From assembly GCA_963748215.1 (NCBI GenBank), contig CAVVHS010000007.1, forward strand, positions 96,001-160,000: DNA of 64,000 nt. The letters run 5' to 3'. Positions within the stretch are counted from its first letter, which is position 1. Each line of letters opens with the position of its first letter. Positions 31,090-43,355 of the stretch are shown in pieces. The notes under the pieces were generated by a model. It was not told where the DNA came from and made no database searches. It was given only the letters and a program-made list of their open reading frames with translations. The translations under genes were made by a program, and so were the position numbers. This stretch comes from an uncultured Gammaproteobacteria bacterium. Lineage in GTDB: Bacteria; Pseudomonadota; Gammaproteobacteria; UBA9214.

Positions 31090-31556
31090 TACTTCGTTTC
31101 TTTTTTGCAGAACATCTCGATCTGCTTGTTGGCCTCGCCAATGCGTTTCTGGCGCTCTTCCTCGCCCATGGTGATGTATTCCCCCGCATCGTTGCGATAG
31201 CGCAGGTGTCCGCCCATGTTGAGCTGGGCGAGGTTGTTGCGTGCGATGGTGCAGTTTTGCTTGGAAATCTTCGCCACTTCGGCCTCGTACTCGGCCATGG
31301 CCTCCGCATCGGTCTGGGACGCTGATTTACCGGAATCTGCTTCCCCGGCAGGGGCTTCGACTTCGACATCGGCATCACTCTGGGCCTGAAGGGTGCCCGG
31401 ATGCTCGTTCGTCTGGATGCGGACATATTTGATACCGGGCGGCGGCGGCATCTGGGTGTATTGAACCTCGTTGTTTTCATTGATCCATTTGTATACATCC
31501 GCGCTTGCCGCAGACTGCAGCAGCAACAGGCAGACCGTCAGGATGAGGGAAAACAT
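31089..31556 (-). CDS. DUF4124-like exported protein
   Basis: Signal peptide, VYKWINENNEVQYTQMPP, C-terminal Cys pair. Confidence 0.8.
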   Translation of the reverse strand: MFSLILTVCLLLLQSAASADVYKWINENNEVQYTQMPPPPGIKYVRIQTNEHPGTLQAQSDADVEVEAPAGEADSGKSASQTDAEAMAEYEAEVAKISKQNCTIARNNLAQLNMGGHLRYRNDAGEYITMGEEERQKRIGEANKQIEMFCKKETK

Positions 31557-31676
31557 CGGGTTACGTGACACAGCAGGTAAGTGCGCGAGAATCATGGCTA
31601 AGTCCCTGTAATGTAAATCTGTACGGATACTATGGTTAATTCGGTGTCAGAACAAGTCATCCGATCACAGAATTCA

Positions 31677-31693
31677 TGTCAGACAGTCTGACA
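31677..31693. promoter_or_regulatory. perfect palindrome, putative transcription-factor operator
   Basis: TGTCAGAC-A-GTCTGACA in the divergent DUF4124/ilvI promoter region. Confidence 0.45.
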
Positions 31694-31724
31694 CCCGGGT
31701 TCTATCGGCAGTCCCGGGAATCCC

Positions 31725-31753
31725 TTGACCTTTACCTTGATTATCAGTAGTTT
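31725..31753 (+). promoter_or_regulatory. putative sigma70 promoter of ilvIHC
   Basis: TTGACC-N17-TAGTTT. Confidence 0.5.
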
Positions 31754-31780
31754 TCTGGGTTTCAAGCAGGTGACCGGATT

Positions 31781-31803
31781 GCCCGTGTAGCGGGCTTTTT
31801 TTT
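31781..31803 (+). terminator. intrinsic terminator in the ilvI leader (attenuator candidate)
   Basis: GCCCG-TGTAG-CGGGC followed by T8, about 40 nt upstream of the ilvI start. Confidence 0.65.
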
Positions 31804-31844
31804 ACGCAATCACAATGCACTAGGGCGAGTCTCAGGAGTATCGG

Positions 31845-33539
31845 GTGGAATTGACAGGTGCGGAAATATTTGTGCGTTCACTGCAGGACGAGGGTGTCGA
31901 GTTTGTCTTCGGCTACCCGGGTGGTGCGGTGTTGCACATCTACGATGCACTGTATACACAGGACAAGGTCAAACACATCCTGGTGCGCCATGAGCAGGCG
32001 GCCACCCATGCCGCGGACGGTTATGCGCGTTCGACCGGCAAGCCGGGTGTGGTGCTGGTAACGTCCGGTCCGGGTGCAACCAATGCCGTAACGGGTATCG
32101 CCACTGCGTACATGGACTCGATTCCACTGGTGGTGTTCACCGGCCAGGTGCCGACCCACCTGATCGGCAACGATGCCTTCCAGGAGGCCGACAACATCGG
32201 CATCACGCGGCCCTGCGTGAAACACAACTTCCTGGTGAAGGACGTCACGAAACTCGCCGAGACCATCAAGAAGGCCTTCTATGTCGCGACCACCGGCCGG
32301 CCGGGTCCCGTGGTGGTCGATATTCCCAAGGACATCACGGCGCACAAGACCGAGTATCACTATCCGGACAAGGTGCACATACGCTCCTACAACCCGGTGC
32401 TTGTCGGCCATATTGGCCAGATCAAGCGGGCCGTGAGCCTGATGCTGGGTGCCAAACGGCCGATGGTCTACACCGGCGGTGGCGTAATTCTCAGCGATGC
32501 CGCGGAATCCCTGACCACGCTTGCACGCGAGCTCAACTTCCCGGTGACCAATACCCTGATGGGCCTGGGCGGTTACCCGGCGACGGACCGGCAGTTCGTC
32601 GGCATGCTGGGCATGCATGGCACCTACGAGGCCAATATGGCCATGCACCACTGCGATGTGCTGATCGCAATCGGTGCGCGCTTCGATGACCGCGTAACCG
32701 GCAATATCGAGAAATTCTGCCCGCATGCAAGGATCGTTCACATCGATATCGATCCGGCGAGTATCTCCAAGAACGTCAAGGTGGACATCCCCATCGTCGG
32801 CTGTGTCGACAACGTGCTCAAGTCCATGCTCGCAGAACTTGGCAACAATGCTCAGAGGCCGGATGCCGCGGCGCTGGCGGCCTGGTGGCAACAGATCGAT
32901 GAGTGGCGCTCGCGTGACTGCCTCAAATACGACGGGGACAGCGAGTTCATCAAGCCGCAATACGTGGTCGAGACGCTTTACAAGGTGACCAACGGCGATG
33001 CCTTCATCACCTCCGACGTAGGCCAGCACCAGATGTGGGCGGCGCAATTCTACAAGTTCGACAAGCCACGGCGCTGGATCAATTCCGGCGGGCTTGGAAC
33101 AATGGGATTTGGCCTGCCGGCAGCCATGGGCGTGCAGTTTGCCCATCCCGAAAGCACGGTGGCCTGTATCACCGGCGAGGGCAGTATCCAGATGTGCATC
33201 CAGGAACTGTCCACCTGCCGCCAGTACTCATTGCCGATCAAGATCATCAACCTGAATAACGGTTACCTCGGCATGGTGCGCCAGTGGCAGGAGTTCTTCT
33301 ATCAGAAGCGCTACGCCATGTCGTACATGGAATCGCTGCCGGACTTCGTGAAGCTCGCGGAAAGCTACGGTCACGTGGGTATCCAGGTGACGCGGCCTGC
33401 CGATGTCGAGGGTGCGCTGATCGAGGCGATGCGGCAGAAGGACCGGCTGGTATTCCTGGATTTCCTGACCGACAGGGAAGAGAATGTTTACCCGATGATT
33501 CCGGCCGGCGGTGGCCAGAACGAAATGATCCTGATCTAG
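31845..33539 (+). CDS. ilvI: acetolactate synthase large subunit
   Basis: [38 protein letters not shown]. Confidence 0.95.
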   Translation: MELTGAEIFVRSLQDEGVEFVFGYPGGAVLHIYDALYTQDKVKHILVRHEQAATHAADGYARSTGKPGVVLVTSGPGATNAVTGIATAYMDSIPLVVFTGQVPTHLIGNDAFQEADNIGITRPCVKHNFLVKDVTKLAETIKKAFYVATTGRPGPVVVDIPKDITAHKTEYHYPDKVHIRSYNPVLVGHIGQIKRAVSLMLGAKRPMVYTGGGVILSDAAESLTTLARELNFPVTNTLMGLGGYPATDRQFVGMLGMHGTYEANMAMHHCDVLIAIGARFDDRVTGNIEKFCPHARIVHIDIDPASISKNVKVDIPIVGCVDNVLKSMLAELGNNAQRPDAAALAAWWQQIDEWRSRDCLKYDGDSEFIKPQYVVETLYKVTNGDAFITSDVGQHQMWAAQFYKFDKPRRWINSGGLGTMGFGLPAAMGVQFAHPESTVACITGEGSIQMCIQELSTCRQYSLPIKIINLNNGYLGMVRQWQEFFYQKRYAMSYMESLPDFVKLAESYGHVGIQVTRPADVEGALIEAMRQKDRLVFLDFLTDREENVYPMIPAGGGQNEMILI

Positions 33540-33801
33540 GGCCTGTTCACACTACCCGAATCGTAGCGTTGCTGCCCCAAATCGGGTCAGGCAAGGCGCG
33601 AGGAGAGAAGTTTGGTGATTCCAAATGAACGACGAGCAACGCAGCATGACCCGATTTGGGGCGCAACCCGGAGGGACGGGGCTATTTTCCCGTCCAACGG
33701 CGTTGCTGCTCGCTTATGTACTTCAGTACACTGCGCTCGCAGCGTCTTGTTGGCCGAAAAAATGGCCTCCGTCGCTACGATTCGGGTAGTGTGAACAGGC
33801 C
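33540..33801. mobile_element. MITE-like element with two internal hairpin arms
   Basis: 29-bp perfect terminal IR GGCCTGTTCACACTACCCGAATCGTAGCG/CGCTACGATTCGGGTAGTGTGAACAGGCC; starts right after the CTAG containing the ilvI stop. Confidence 0.85.
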
Positions 33802-33806
33802 ATAAT

Positions 33807-34298
33807 ATGCGCCATATCATCTCAATCCTGATGGAAAACGAGGCGGGTGCGCTGTCGCGCGTGGCCGGGCTGTTTTCGGCGCGCGGCTACAATATCGAGT
33901 CACTGACCGTCGCGCCTACCGAGGATGCCTCGCTGTCGCGCATGACACTGGTAACCAGTGGCACCGACGAGATCATCGAGCAGATCACCAAGCAGCTCAA
34001 CAAGCTGATCGACGTGGTCAAGCTGATGGATATGACCGATGGCCCGCATATCGAGCGCGAGATGATGCTGATCAAGGTCAGGGCGCAGGGCGACAAGCGC
34101 AACGAACTCAAGCGGATGTCGGACATCTTCCGCGGGCGCATCATCGACGTGACCGCAGAGACCTATACCATCGAGATGACCGGGGCGGGCGACAAGCTGG
34201 ATGCCTTCGTGCAGGCGCTGGACCCGGGACTGATCCTCGAGGTCGTACGCTCCGGCGTGTCCGGTATCGGGCGCGGTGACCGGTCGCTGAAACTCTGA
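33807..34298 (+). CDS. ilvH: acetolactate synthase small subunit
   Basis: MRHIISILMENEAGALSRVAGLFSARGYNIESL, KQLNKLIDV. Confidence 0.96.
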   Translation: MRHIISILMENEAGALSRVAGLFSARGYNIESLTVAPTEDASLSRMTLVTSGTDEIIEQITKQLNKLIDVVKLMDMTDGPHIEREMMLIKVRAQGDKRNELKRMSDIFRGRIIDVTAETYTIEMTGAGDKLDAFVQALDPGLILEVVRSGVSGIGRGDRSLKL

Positions 34299-34332
34299 AC
34301 GAACGCTACAGCGGTCTTTCAATCACACATGA

Positions 34333-35394
<1,062 letters not shown>

Positions 35395-35439
35395 GCTCTC
35401 GTCAGCACTGATGCTGCCAGAACATTCGGGTGTCCGGAC

Positions 35440-36051
35440 ATGAACCGTAATACCCTGATTTCACGCCAGGGGCTGTTGCCCTTGCTGGCTTCAACGCTGA
35501 CGGCAGTGCTGGTGCTGCACTTCGTTGGTCTGCGCGAGTCGCTGGCTTTCTGGGCGCTGGCGTTGCTGATACTGGTCCTGTTCCGTGATCCGGAACGCGA
35601 GGTGCCGTCCATCCCGCTGTCCGTGCTCAGTCCCGCGGACGGCCGTGTCGTTGTGATCGAGCAAACCGAAGACCCCTACCTGCGCCGGCCCAGTCTGAAG
35701 GTTTCCATCGACATGAATGCCTACGGTGTCTATACCACGCGCAGCCCCATCGGCGGCAAGGTGCTGGAACCGCCGAGCCACCTCGATGGCAAGCAGCAAC
35801 CGCACGGTGTCTGGCTGCAAACCGACGAGGGTGATGATGTCGTGCTGGTCATGAACAGGGGGCGTCTGAACAACAAGCCGCATTGTTACATTCGTTTTGG
35901 CGATCGGGTCGGCCAGGGCAAACGCTGCGGTTTTGTGCACCTGGGCGGACGTGTCGACATGTACCTGCCCGAGAACAGTCAGTCACAGGTTACCGTTGGC
36001 AGGACCGTGCGCGCCGGTGCCGACGTGATCGCCAGGCTGATCCATAACTGA
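35440..36051 (+). CDS. phosphatidylserine decarboxylase-related protein, catalytic residues altered
   Basis: FRDPER, SPADGRV, GKRCGFVHLGGRVDMYLP (canonical FGSRVD); upstream of pssA. Confidence 0.8.
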   Translation: MNRNTLISRQGLLPLLASTLTAVLVLHFVGLRESLAFWALALLILVLFRDPEREVPSIPLSVLSPADGRVVVIEQTEDPYLRRPSLKVSIDMNAYGVYTTRSPIGGKVLEPPSHLDGKQQPHGVWLQTDEGDDVVLVMNRGRLNNKPHCYIRFGDRVGQGKRCGFVHLGGRVDMYLPENSQSQVTVGRTVRAGADVIARLIHN

Positions 36052-36052
36052 C

Positions 36053-36847
36053 ATGGAAGAGCATCATAATGACTTTGGTGATGATGAGACCGTAGAAAGG
36101 AAGCGCCGCGGCATCTACCTGTTGCCCAACATGATCACCACGGCCGGGTTGTTTGCCGGCTTTTATTCCATCGTTGCAGCGATGAATAACCGCTTCGAGG
36201 CGGCCGCAATCGCCATTTTCGTGGCGATGATCATGGACGGGATCGACGGCCGCGTGGCGCGGTTGACCAACACCCAGAGCGAGTTCGGCGTCCAGTACGA
36301 CAGCCTCTCGGACATGGTCTGTTTCGGGCTGGCGCCCGCGCTGGTCATGTACGAGTGGTCATTGCAGTCCATGATGAGCGTGGGCTGGGCCAAGCTGGGC
36401 TGGCTGGCCGCGTTCATCTATACGGCCAGCGCCGCGCTGCGACTGGCGCGTTTCAATGCGCAGGTCACCACTGCTGAGAAAAAGTACTTCCGCGGTCTGC
36501 CGAGTCCGTCCGCGGCCGGTGTGCTGGCGGGCCTGGTGTGGGCGGCCACCGATCTGGGCATCGCCGGTGAGGACCTGGTCTATGCGGTGTTCGTACTGAC
36601 GGTGGCGACCGGTATGCTGATGGTCAGCAATATCCGCTATTTCAGTTTCAAGGAATTCAACTTCAAGAACCGGGTGCCGGTAGTCGCCCTGTTGCTGGTG
36701 GTGCTGGTCTATGCCTTTGCATCCATCGATCCGCCCAAGGTGCTGTTCGCGGGCTTCCTGGTTTATGCGATTTCCGGGATCGTCTACACATTGGTGTTGG
36801 TCCGCAACCGGCGCAGGGCCAGACGTCATGGTGAACAGGGCGGATAG
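36053..36847 (+). CDS. pssA: CDP-diacylglycerol--serine O-phosphatidyltransferase
   Basis: YLLPN, DGIDGRVAR, YDSLSDMVCFG, LRLARFN, GLPSP. Confidence 0.93.
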   Translation: MEEHHNDFGDDETVERKRRGIYLLPNMITTAGLFAGFYSIVAAMNNRFEAAAIAIFVAMIMDGIDGRVARLTNTQSEFGVQYDSLSDMVCFGLAPALVMYEWSLQSMMSVGWAKLGWLAAFIYTASAALRLARFNAQVTTAEKKYFRGLPSPSAAGVLAGLVWAATDLGIAGEDLVYAVFVLTVATGMLMVSNIRYFSFKEFNFKNRVPVVALLLVVLVYAFASIDPPKVLFAGFLVYAISGIVYTLVLVRNRRRARRHGEQGG

Positions 36848-36857
36848 GTACCTGGGG

Positions 36858-36885
36858 TTGCAAACGGGGCCTGTTTGCCTATAGT
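36858..36885 (+). promoter_or_regulatory. putative sigma70 promoter of the leuA leader
   Basis: TTGCAA-N16-TATAGT ending 8 nt before the leader ATG. Confidence 0.55.
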
Positions 36886-36893
36886 CTTGGAAT

Positions 36894-36995
36894 ATGAATT
36901 GTGCAATCAACAGCGCACGTAATAATCAGGCCACCCCGACCCGGGTGGCCTTGTTGCTGCTGTCCCTCCTGCGACTGCTGCCTGCGGGCAGATAA
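36894..36995 (+). CDS. leucine-rich leader peptide (33 aa)
   Basis: My translation: MNCAINSARNNQATPTRVALLLLSLLRLLPAGR*, 8 Leu in 10 consecutive codons, directly upstream of leuA. Confidence 0.8.
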   Translation: MNCAINSARNNQATPTRVALLLLSLLRLLPAGR

Positions 36996-37127
36996 TTCCC
37001 TGCCTGGCGAGGCGAAACGCACCCAGACACTACCCAGCCAGCCGCCGACAACCGGCAGATTTTCTACTATGCTGGCGCAAACCAGTGAAGGCGACCCTTT
37101 TGGCGAGCGGACGCCCGCGGGAGCAGG

Positions 37128-38681
<1,554 letters not shown>

Positions 38682-38694
38682 GGGGTTGCGGGGG

Positions 38695-39402
38695 ATGGAT
38701 GCCAGACTGCAGAACGCCTACCTGGAAGCGCTGGGTATCCAGCGCTGGGTGGTGCACAGGGTGTCTTCAGCGGTTGCCGATCCGGCCGATGGGCCGCGTG
38801 AGGAGGCACGGCAAGATGACACCGTCGGCACCATGGGCTGGGAGGCATTGCGGGCACAGGCCGCCGGCTGCACGCGTTGCGCCTTGCACGAGACGCGCAC
38901 GCAGGTGGTGTTCGGTATCGGTGACCGTAATGCCGACTGGATGCTGATCGGCGAGGCGCCGGGCGCCGATGAGGACCGTCAGGGTGAACCGTTCGTAGGG
39001 CGTGCCGGACAGTTGCTGAACGAGATGCTGTTTGCCGCAGGTTATCGGCGCGAACAGGTGTACATCGCCAATATTCTAAAGTGCCGGCCACCGGGAAATC
39101 GCAACCCGCAACCGGAAGAAGTGAGTCGCTGTGAAGACTACCTGCTGCGCCAGATCGAACTTGTGCAGCCGAAGATCATCCTGGCGCTGGGCGGTATCGC
39201 TGCGCAGAACCTGCTGCATACGGATGTGAGCGTCGGCCGCTTGCGCGGTATCAGGCACAGTTTCGGTGAACCGGGCATCCCTCTGGTCGTGACCTACCAC
39301 CCGGCCTACCTGTTGCGCTCGCCACTGGAAAAACGCAAGGTCTGGATTGATCTGCAGTTTGCCAGAGAGGTTTACAGCGAGCTTCAGGCCACAAATGATT
39401 GA
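38695..39402 (+). CDS. family 4 uracil-DNA glycosylase
   Basis: CTRCAL, GEAPG, PFVGRAG, KCRPPGNR, TYHPAYLLR. Confidence 0.92.
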   Translation: MDARLQNAYLEALGIQRWVVHRVSSAVADPADGPREEARQDDTVGTMGWEALRAQAAGCTRCALHETRTQVVFGIGDRNADWMLIGEAPGADEDRQGEPFVGRAGQLLNEMLFAAGYRREQVYIANILKCRPPGNRNPQPEEVSRCEDYLLRQIELVQPKIILALGGIAAQNLLHTDVSVGRLRGIRHSFGEPGIPLVVTYHPAYLLRSPLEKRKVWIDLQFAREVYSELQATND

Positions 39403-39429
39403 AGAAAACTGTGACGAGCAACAAACACA

Positions 39430-39894
39430 ATGAGCGCCATATTAAAAGCTCCTGCCCTTGAATTCCGACCCATGCGGCAGGAAGACCTCGATGAGATCAT
39501 GGATATCGAGAGTCGCAGTTATCCTTTTCCATGGACGGCGTCGATATTCGGCGATTGCCTGCATGCCGGCTACAGTTGCTGGGTATGTACCCGCGCCGGG
39601 GTCATTGAGGCCTATGGCATTATCACGGTTGCCGTCGGTGAATCACACCTGCTGAACCTGTGTGTGAGGGAGGAAGCGAGATCCCGGGGCGTGGGCCGGA
39701 AAATGCTCAGGCACCTGATATCCATCGCACGCCGCCATGACGCTGATATTCTGTTCCTGGAGGTGCGCGTCTCGAACCTGTCCGCGCGCAAGCTCTACGA
39801 AAACGAGGGTTTCAACGAACTCGGTACGCGCAGGGCCTACTACCCCCTGCACGGTGGCAGGGAAGATGCGCTGATCCTGGCCAGGACGCTGTAA
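39430..39894 (+). CDS. rimI: ribosomal protein S18 acetyltransferase
   Basis: FPWT, HLLNLCV, LEVRVSN, RRAYY, REDA. Confidence 0.92.
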   Translation: MSAILKAPALEFRPMRQEDLDEIMDIESRSYPFPWTASIFGDCLHAGYSCWVCTRAGVIEAYGIITVAVGESHLLNLCVREEARSRGVGRKMLRHLISIARRHDADILFLEVRVSNLSARKLYENEGFNELGTRRAYYPLHGGREDALILARTL

Positions 39895-39965
39895 TTTCCA
39901 ACACTCCGGCGTCTGTATAAGTTAAAATACCCGTTTTACGAGAATCCCTCCGTTTTTCACCACCC

Positions 39966-41546
39966 ATGAGCAGCAAGAAGACCGAGACGGCGCGTCGCCG
40001 TACCTTTGCAATCATCTCGCATCCCGATGCGGGCAAGACCACACTGACAGAAAAACTGTTGCTGTTCGGCGGCGCAATCCAGCTTGCCGGTTCCGTCAAG
40101 GGACGCAAGGCGGCGCGGCATGCCACTTCCGACTGGATGGAGCTGGAGAAGCAGCGCGGGATATCCGTGACATCATCCGTTATGCAGTTTCCCTATGGCG
40201 GTGCTGTCGTCAACCTGCTCGACACGCCCGGCCACGAGGACTTTTCCGAGGATACCTATCGAACGCTGACCGCTGTCGACTCGGCGATGATGGTGATTGA
40301 CTGCGCCAAGGGCGTGGAGGCTCGCACGATCAAGCTCATGGAAGTGTGCCGCCTGCGCGATACCCCGATTTGCACCTTCATCAACAAGCTCGACCGGGAA
40401 GGGCGTGACCCTATCGAGCTGCTTGATGAAATCGAAGAGGTGCTGAAGATCAGGTGTGCGCCGGTGACCTGGCCGGTCGGCATGGGCAAGCGGCTCAAGG
40501 GCATTTACCACATGCTGAATGATGCCGTGCATCTGTACGAACCGGGCAAACACAGTCAGCGCCAGGAAGTCAGGAAAATCAATGGCATGGATAACCCCTT
40601 GCTCGATGAGCTGCTGGGCGACCAGGCCGCCGAGTTACGTGACGAGATTGACCTCGTCCGTGGAGCCAGCCATGCCTTCGACAAGACGGCTTACCTGGCA
40701 GGTGATATGACACCGGTATTCTTCGGCTCGGCGATCAATAATTTCGGTGTCAACGAATTGCTCGAACACTTCATTGCTACCGCGCCGTCACCATTGCCGC
40801 GCGCAACCACCACCCGTACTGTCGATCCGCAGGAGGAAAAATTCTCCGGCTTCGTGTTCAAGATACAGGCGAACATGGATCCCGCGCACCGTGATCGTAT
40901 TGCGTTCCTGAGGATATGTTCCGGTCGCTATCACAAGGGCATGAAGATGCATCATGTCCGGATTGGGCGCGACCTGCAGGTATCAAATGCACTTACCTTC
41001 CTCGCCTCGGACCGTGATCATGTCGACGAGGCGTTTGCCGGTGACATCATCGGTTTGCATAACCATGGCACTATCCGCATCGGCGATACCTTTACCCAGG
41101 GTGAAGATCTGAAATTCACCGGCATTCCGAGTTTTGCGCCGGAACTGTTCAGGCGCGCGGTGCTGCGTGATCCGCTGCGCATGAAAGCCCTGCAGAAAGG
41201 GCTGGACCAGCTGTGCGAGGAGGGTGCAACACAGCTGTTCCGACCGCTGAAAAACAACGACATGATCCTGGGTGCTGTCGGTATACTGCAATTCGATGTG
41301 GTCGCACATCGTCTCAAGCATGAATACGGCGTCGATTGCGCCTTTGAGTCGGTATCTGTCGCAACGGCGCGCTGGGTCGAGTGCAAGGATGATGCTGTCG
41401 AGGAGCGTTTTCGTGACAAGGCGTTCGAGAATCTCGGCGTAGATCAGGGTGGCGCGCTGGTTTACATCGCTCCAACTCGCGTGAATCTGGAGCTGGCGAT
41501 TGAGAAATGGCCTGACATCGTGTTTCACGCGACACGTGAGCACTGA
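39966..41546 (+). CDS. prfC: peptide chain release factor 3
   Basis: [37 protein letters not shown]-terminus. Confidence 0.97.
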   Translation: MSSKKTETARRRTFAIISHPDAGKTTLTEKLLLFGGAIQLAGSVKGRKAARHATSDWMELEKQRGISVTSSVMQFPYGGAVVNLLDTPGHEDFSEDTYRTLTAVDSAMMVIDCAKGVEARTIKLMEVCRLRDTPICTFINKLDREGRDPIELLDEIEEVLKIRCAPVTWPVGMGKRLKGIYHMLNDAVHLYEPGKHSQRQEVRKINGMDNPLLDELLGDQAAELRDEIDLVRGASHAFDKTAYLAGDMTPVFFGSAINNFGVNELLEHFIATAPSPLPRATTTRTVDPQEEKFSGFVFKIQANMDPAHRDRIAFLRICSGRYHKGMKMHHVRIGRDLQVSNALTFLASDRDHVDEAFAGDIIGLHNHGTIRIGDTFTQGEDLKFTGIPSFAPELFRRAVLRDPLRMKALQKGLDQLCEEGATQLFRPLKNNDMILGAVGILQFDVVAHRLKHEYGVDCAFESVSVATARWVECKDDAVEERFRDKAFENLGVDQGGALVYIAPTRVNLELAIEKWPDIVFHATREH

Positions 41547-41550
41547 GTAA

Positions 41551-41988
41551 TCAGAAGTCGATCCAGTTGATAACGTAATCTTCGAAGTCTTCGCTGGGGA
41601 CTGATTGTTCATTAATAGTGCGGCCAGTCACCGAGATTCCCGCTTCCCTGACAGTGTCTGGATTGCCCGAGAGCAGTGGATGCCACCATTCGAGTGACCT
41701 GCCTTCCGCGAGTTTCCGGTATGCACAACTTCTCGGTAACCACTTAAACTGTTCCTTGTCCGCGACATCGATCACCAGGCAATCCCTGATCCGTGCCCTG
41801 CGGTGTTCGTAATCCGTGCAGCGGCAACTTTTCCCATCCAGCAGCTGGCATGCCACTTTGGTATAGAAAACCAGACCGGTGTCGATGTCCTCCAGTTTGT
41901 GCAGGCAGCAACGGCCACAGCCATCGCAGAGTGATTCCCACTCGGCAGGTGTCATTTCGTCGAGCTTTTTCTTATTCCAATATGCCAT
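41551..41988 (-). CDS. YcgN-family cysteine cluster protein
   Basis: EWESLCDGCGRCCLHKLED, WLPRSCAYR, WHPLLSG. Confidence 0.9.
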   Translation of the reverse strand: MAYWNKKKLDEMTPAEWESLCDGCGRCCLHKLEDIDTGLVFYTKVACQLLDGKSCRCTDYEHRRARIRDCLVIDVADKEQFKWLPRSCAYRKLAEGRSLEWWHPLLSGNPDTVREAGISVTGRTINEQSVPSEDFEDYVINWIDF

Positions 41989-42071
41989 GCCTTCTGTAAC
42001 CATACGCCTGTCATTGCCATGCATTGCACCAGACTATCCATACCAAGTCCGGACCCGGGAGTAAAGAAATC

Positions 42072-43355
42072 ATGAGCCGTTCTCGACAAAAGTGGGGCTG
42101 GGCATTTTATGACTGGGCCAATTCTGCCTACTCGACGACAGTTATGGCGGGATTCTTCCCGGTATTTTTCAAGGAATACTGGAATGCTGGGCTGAGTGCG
42201 GTCGATAGTACGTTCAGGCTGGGAATGGCCAATTCCCTGGCCAGCCTGATCATTGTATTGATGGCGCCGGTACTCGGTGCGATTGCAGACAGTATGAGCC
42301 GTCGCAAGGCTATGCTGTTCGGGTTTGCCTTTCTGGGCATGCTGATGACCGGCGGTCTGTATCTCGTTGGCCAAGGTGACTGGATGCTGGCCGCAGTCCT
42401 GTATGGTATTTCAATGATAGGCTTTTCCGGAAGCAACGTTTTCTATGATTCGTTGTTGCCGTTTGTTTCAGATAATGAAGATGTCGACCGGGTATCGGCA
42501 CTGGGATTTTCGCTGGGTTATCTGGGCGGCGGCTTGTTGCTGTCGGTAAATGTGTTGATGACAATGCACCCGTCCTGGTTCGGACTGGTGGACGCTGAAT
42601 CAGCAGTAAGATTTTCCTTTCTCATCGTCGCTTGCTGGTGGATGTTGTTTTCCATGCCGCTGATGCTGCTCGTAGAGGAGCCGCGATTGCCAGCAAATGA
42701 CAGTCCTGTGTATTACATCGGGCAGGGATTCGTGCGTATCTGGCATACCCTGCATGAGATCAGGGCAATGCGCAACATCTGGATGTTTCTGATAGCTTAC
42801 TGGCTGTACATCGATGGTATAGACACCATTATACGCATGGCGGTTGATTATGGACTGTCGCTCGGATTCGACCAGAATAGCCTGATTGCGGCACTGCTGA
42901 TCACTCAGTTCGTCGGGTTCCCGTCTGCGCTGGCTTTCGGGTGGCTTGGCAGCAGGTATGGGCCAAAAGCAGGAATCATTACCGGTTTGTTGATTTACAT
43001 GGTTGTTACCGTCTGGGCGTCACTCATGAGCACGGCCACTGAGTTCTATGTCCTGGCGCTGATGATCGGGCTTGCGCAGGGAGGTGTGCAGGCACTCAGT
43101 CGATCTTTGTATGCGCGCATGATTCCGGAAAACCGTACAGCAGAATTTTTTGGCTTTTACAACATGCTTGGAAAGTTCGCCGCAATCATTGGGCCGGTTA
43201 TGATGGGGTGGGTCGGGGTATTGGCGAATAGTTCACGCGTCGGTATATTGTCGCTACTGGTATTGTTTGTCATTGGTGCAATGGTGCTTCTGAAGGTGGA
43301 TCCGGGCGCGCAGAATTCACCACATGCACTGAAAAGTAAGAGCAGCAGTATTTAA
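42072..43355 (+). CDS. MFS transporter (UMF1-like)
   Basis: WAFYDWANSAY, GYLGGG, QALSRSLY, FFGFY; about 12 TM segments. Confidence 0.9.
   Translation: MSRSRQKWGWAFYDWANSAYSTTVMAGFFPVFFKEYWNAGLSAVDSTFRLGMANSLASLIIVLMAPVLGAIADSMSRRKAMLFGFAFLGMLMTGGLYLVGQGDWMLAAVLYGISMIGFSGSNVFYDSLLPFVSDNEDVDRVSALGFSLGYLGGGLLLSVNVLMTMHPSWFGLVDAESAVRFSFLIVACWWMLFSMPLMLLVEEPRLPANDSPVYYIGQGFVRIWHTLHEIRAMRNIWMFLIAYWLYIDGIDTIIRMAVDYGLSLGFDQNSLIAALLITQFVGFPSALAFGWLGSRYGPKAGIITGLLIYMVVTVWASLMSTATEFYVLALMIGLAQGGVQALSRSLYARMIPENRTAEFFGFYNMLGKFAAIIGPVMMGWVGVLANSSRVGILSLLVLFVIGAMVLLKVDPGAQNSPHALKSKSSSI

Noticed and set aside
33587-33820. Short ORFs within the ilvI-ilvH spacer
   Set aside because: They lie inside the MITE; the shared PVHTTRIVA peptide on both strands is just the terminal inverted repeat
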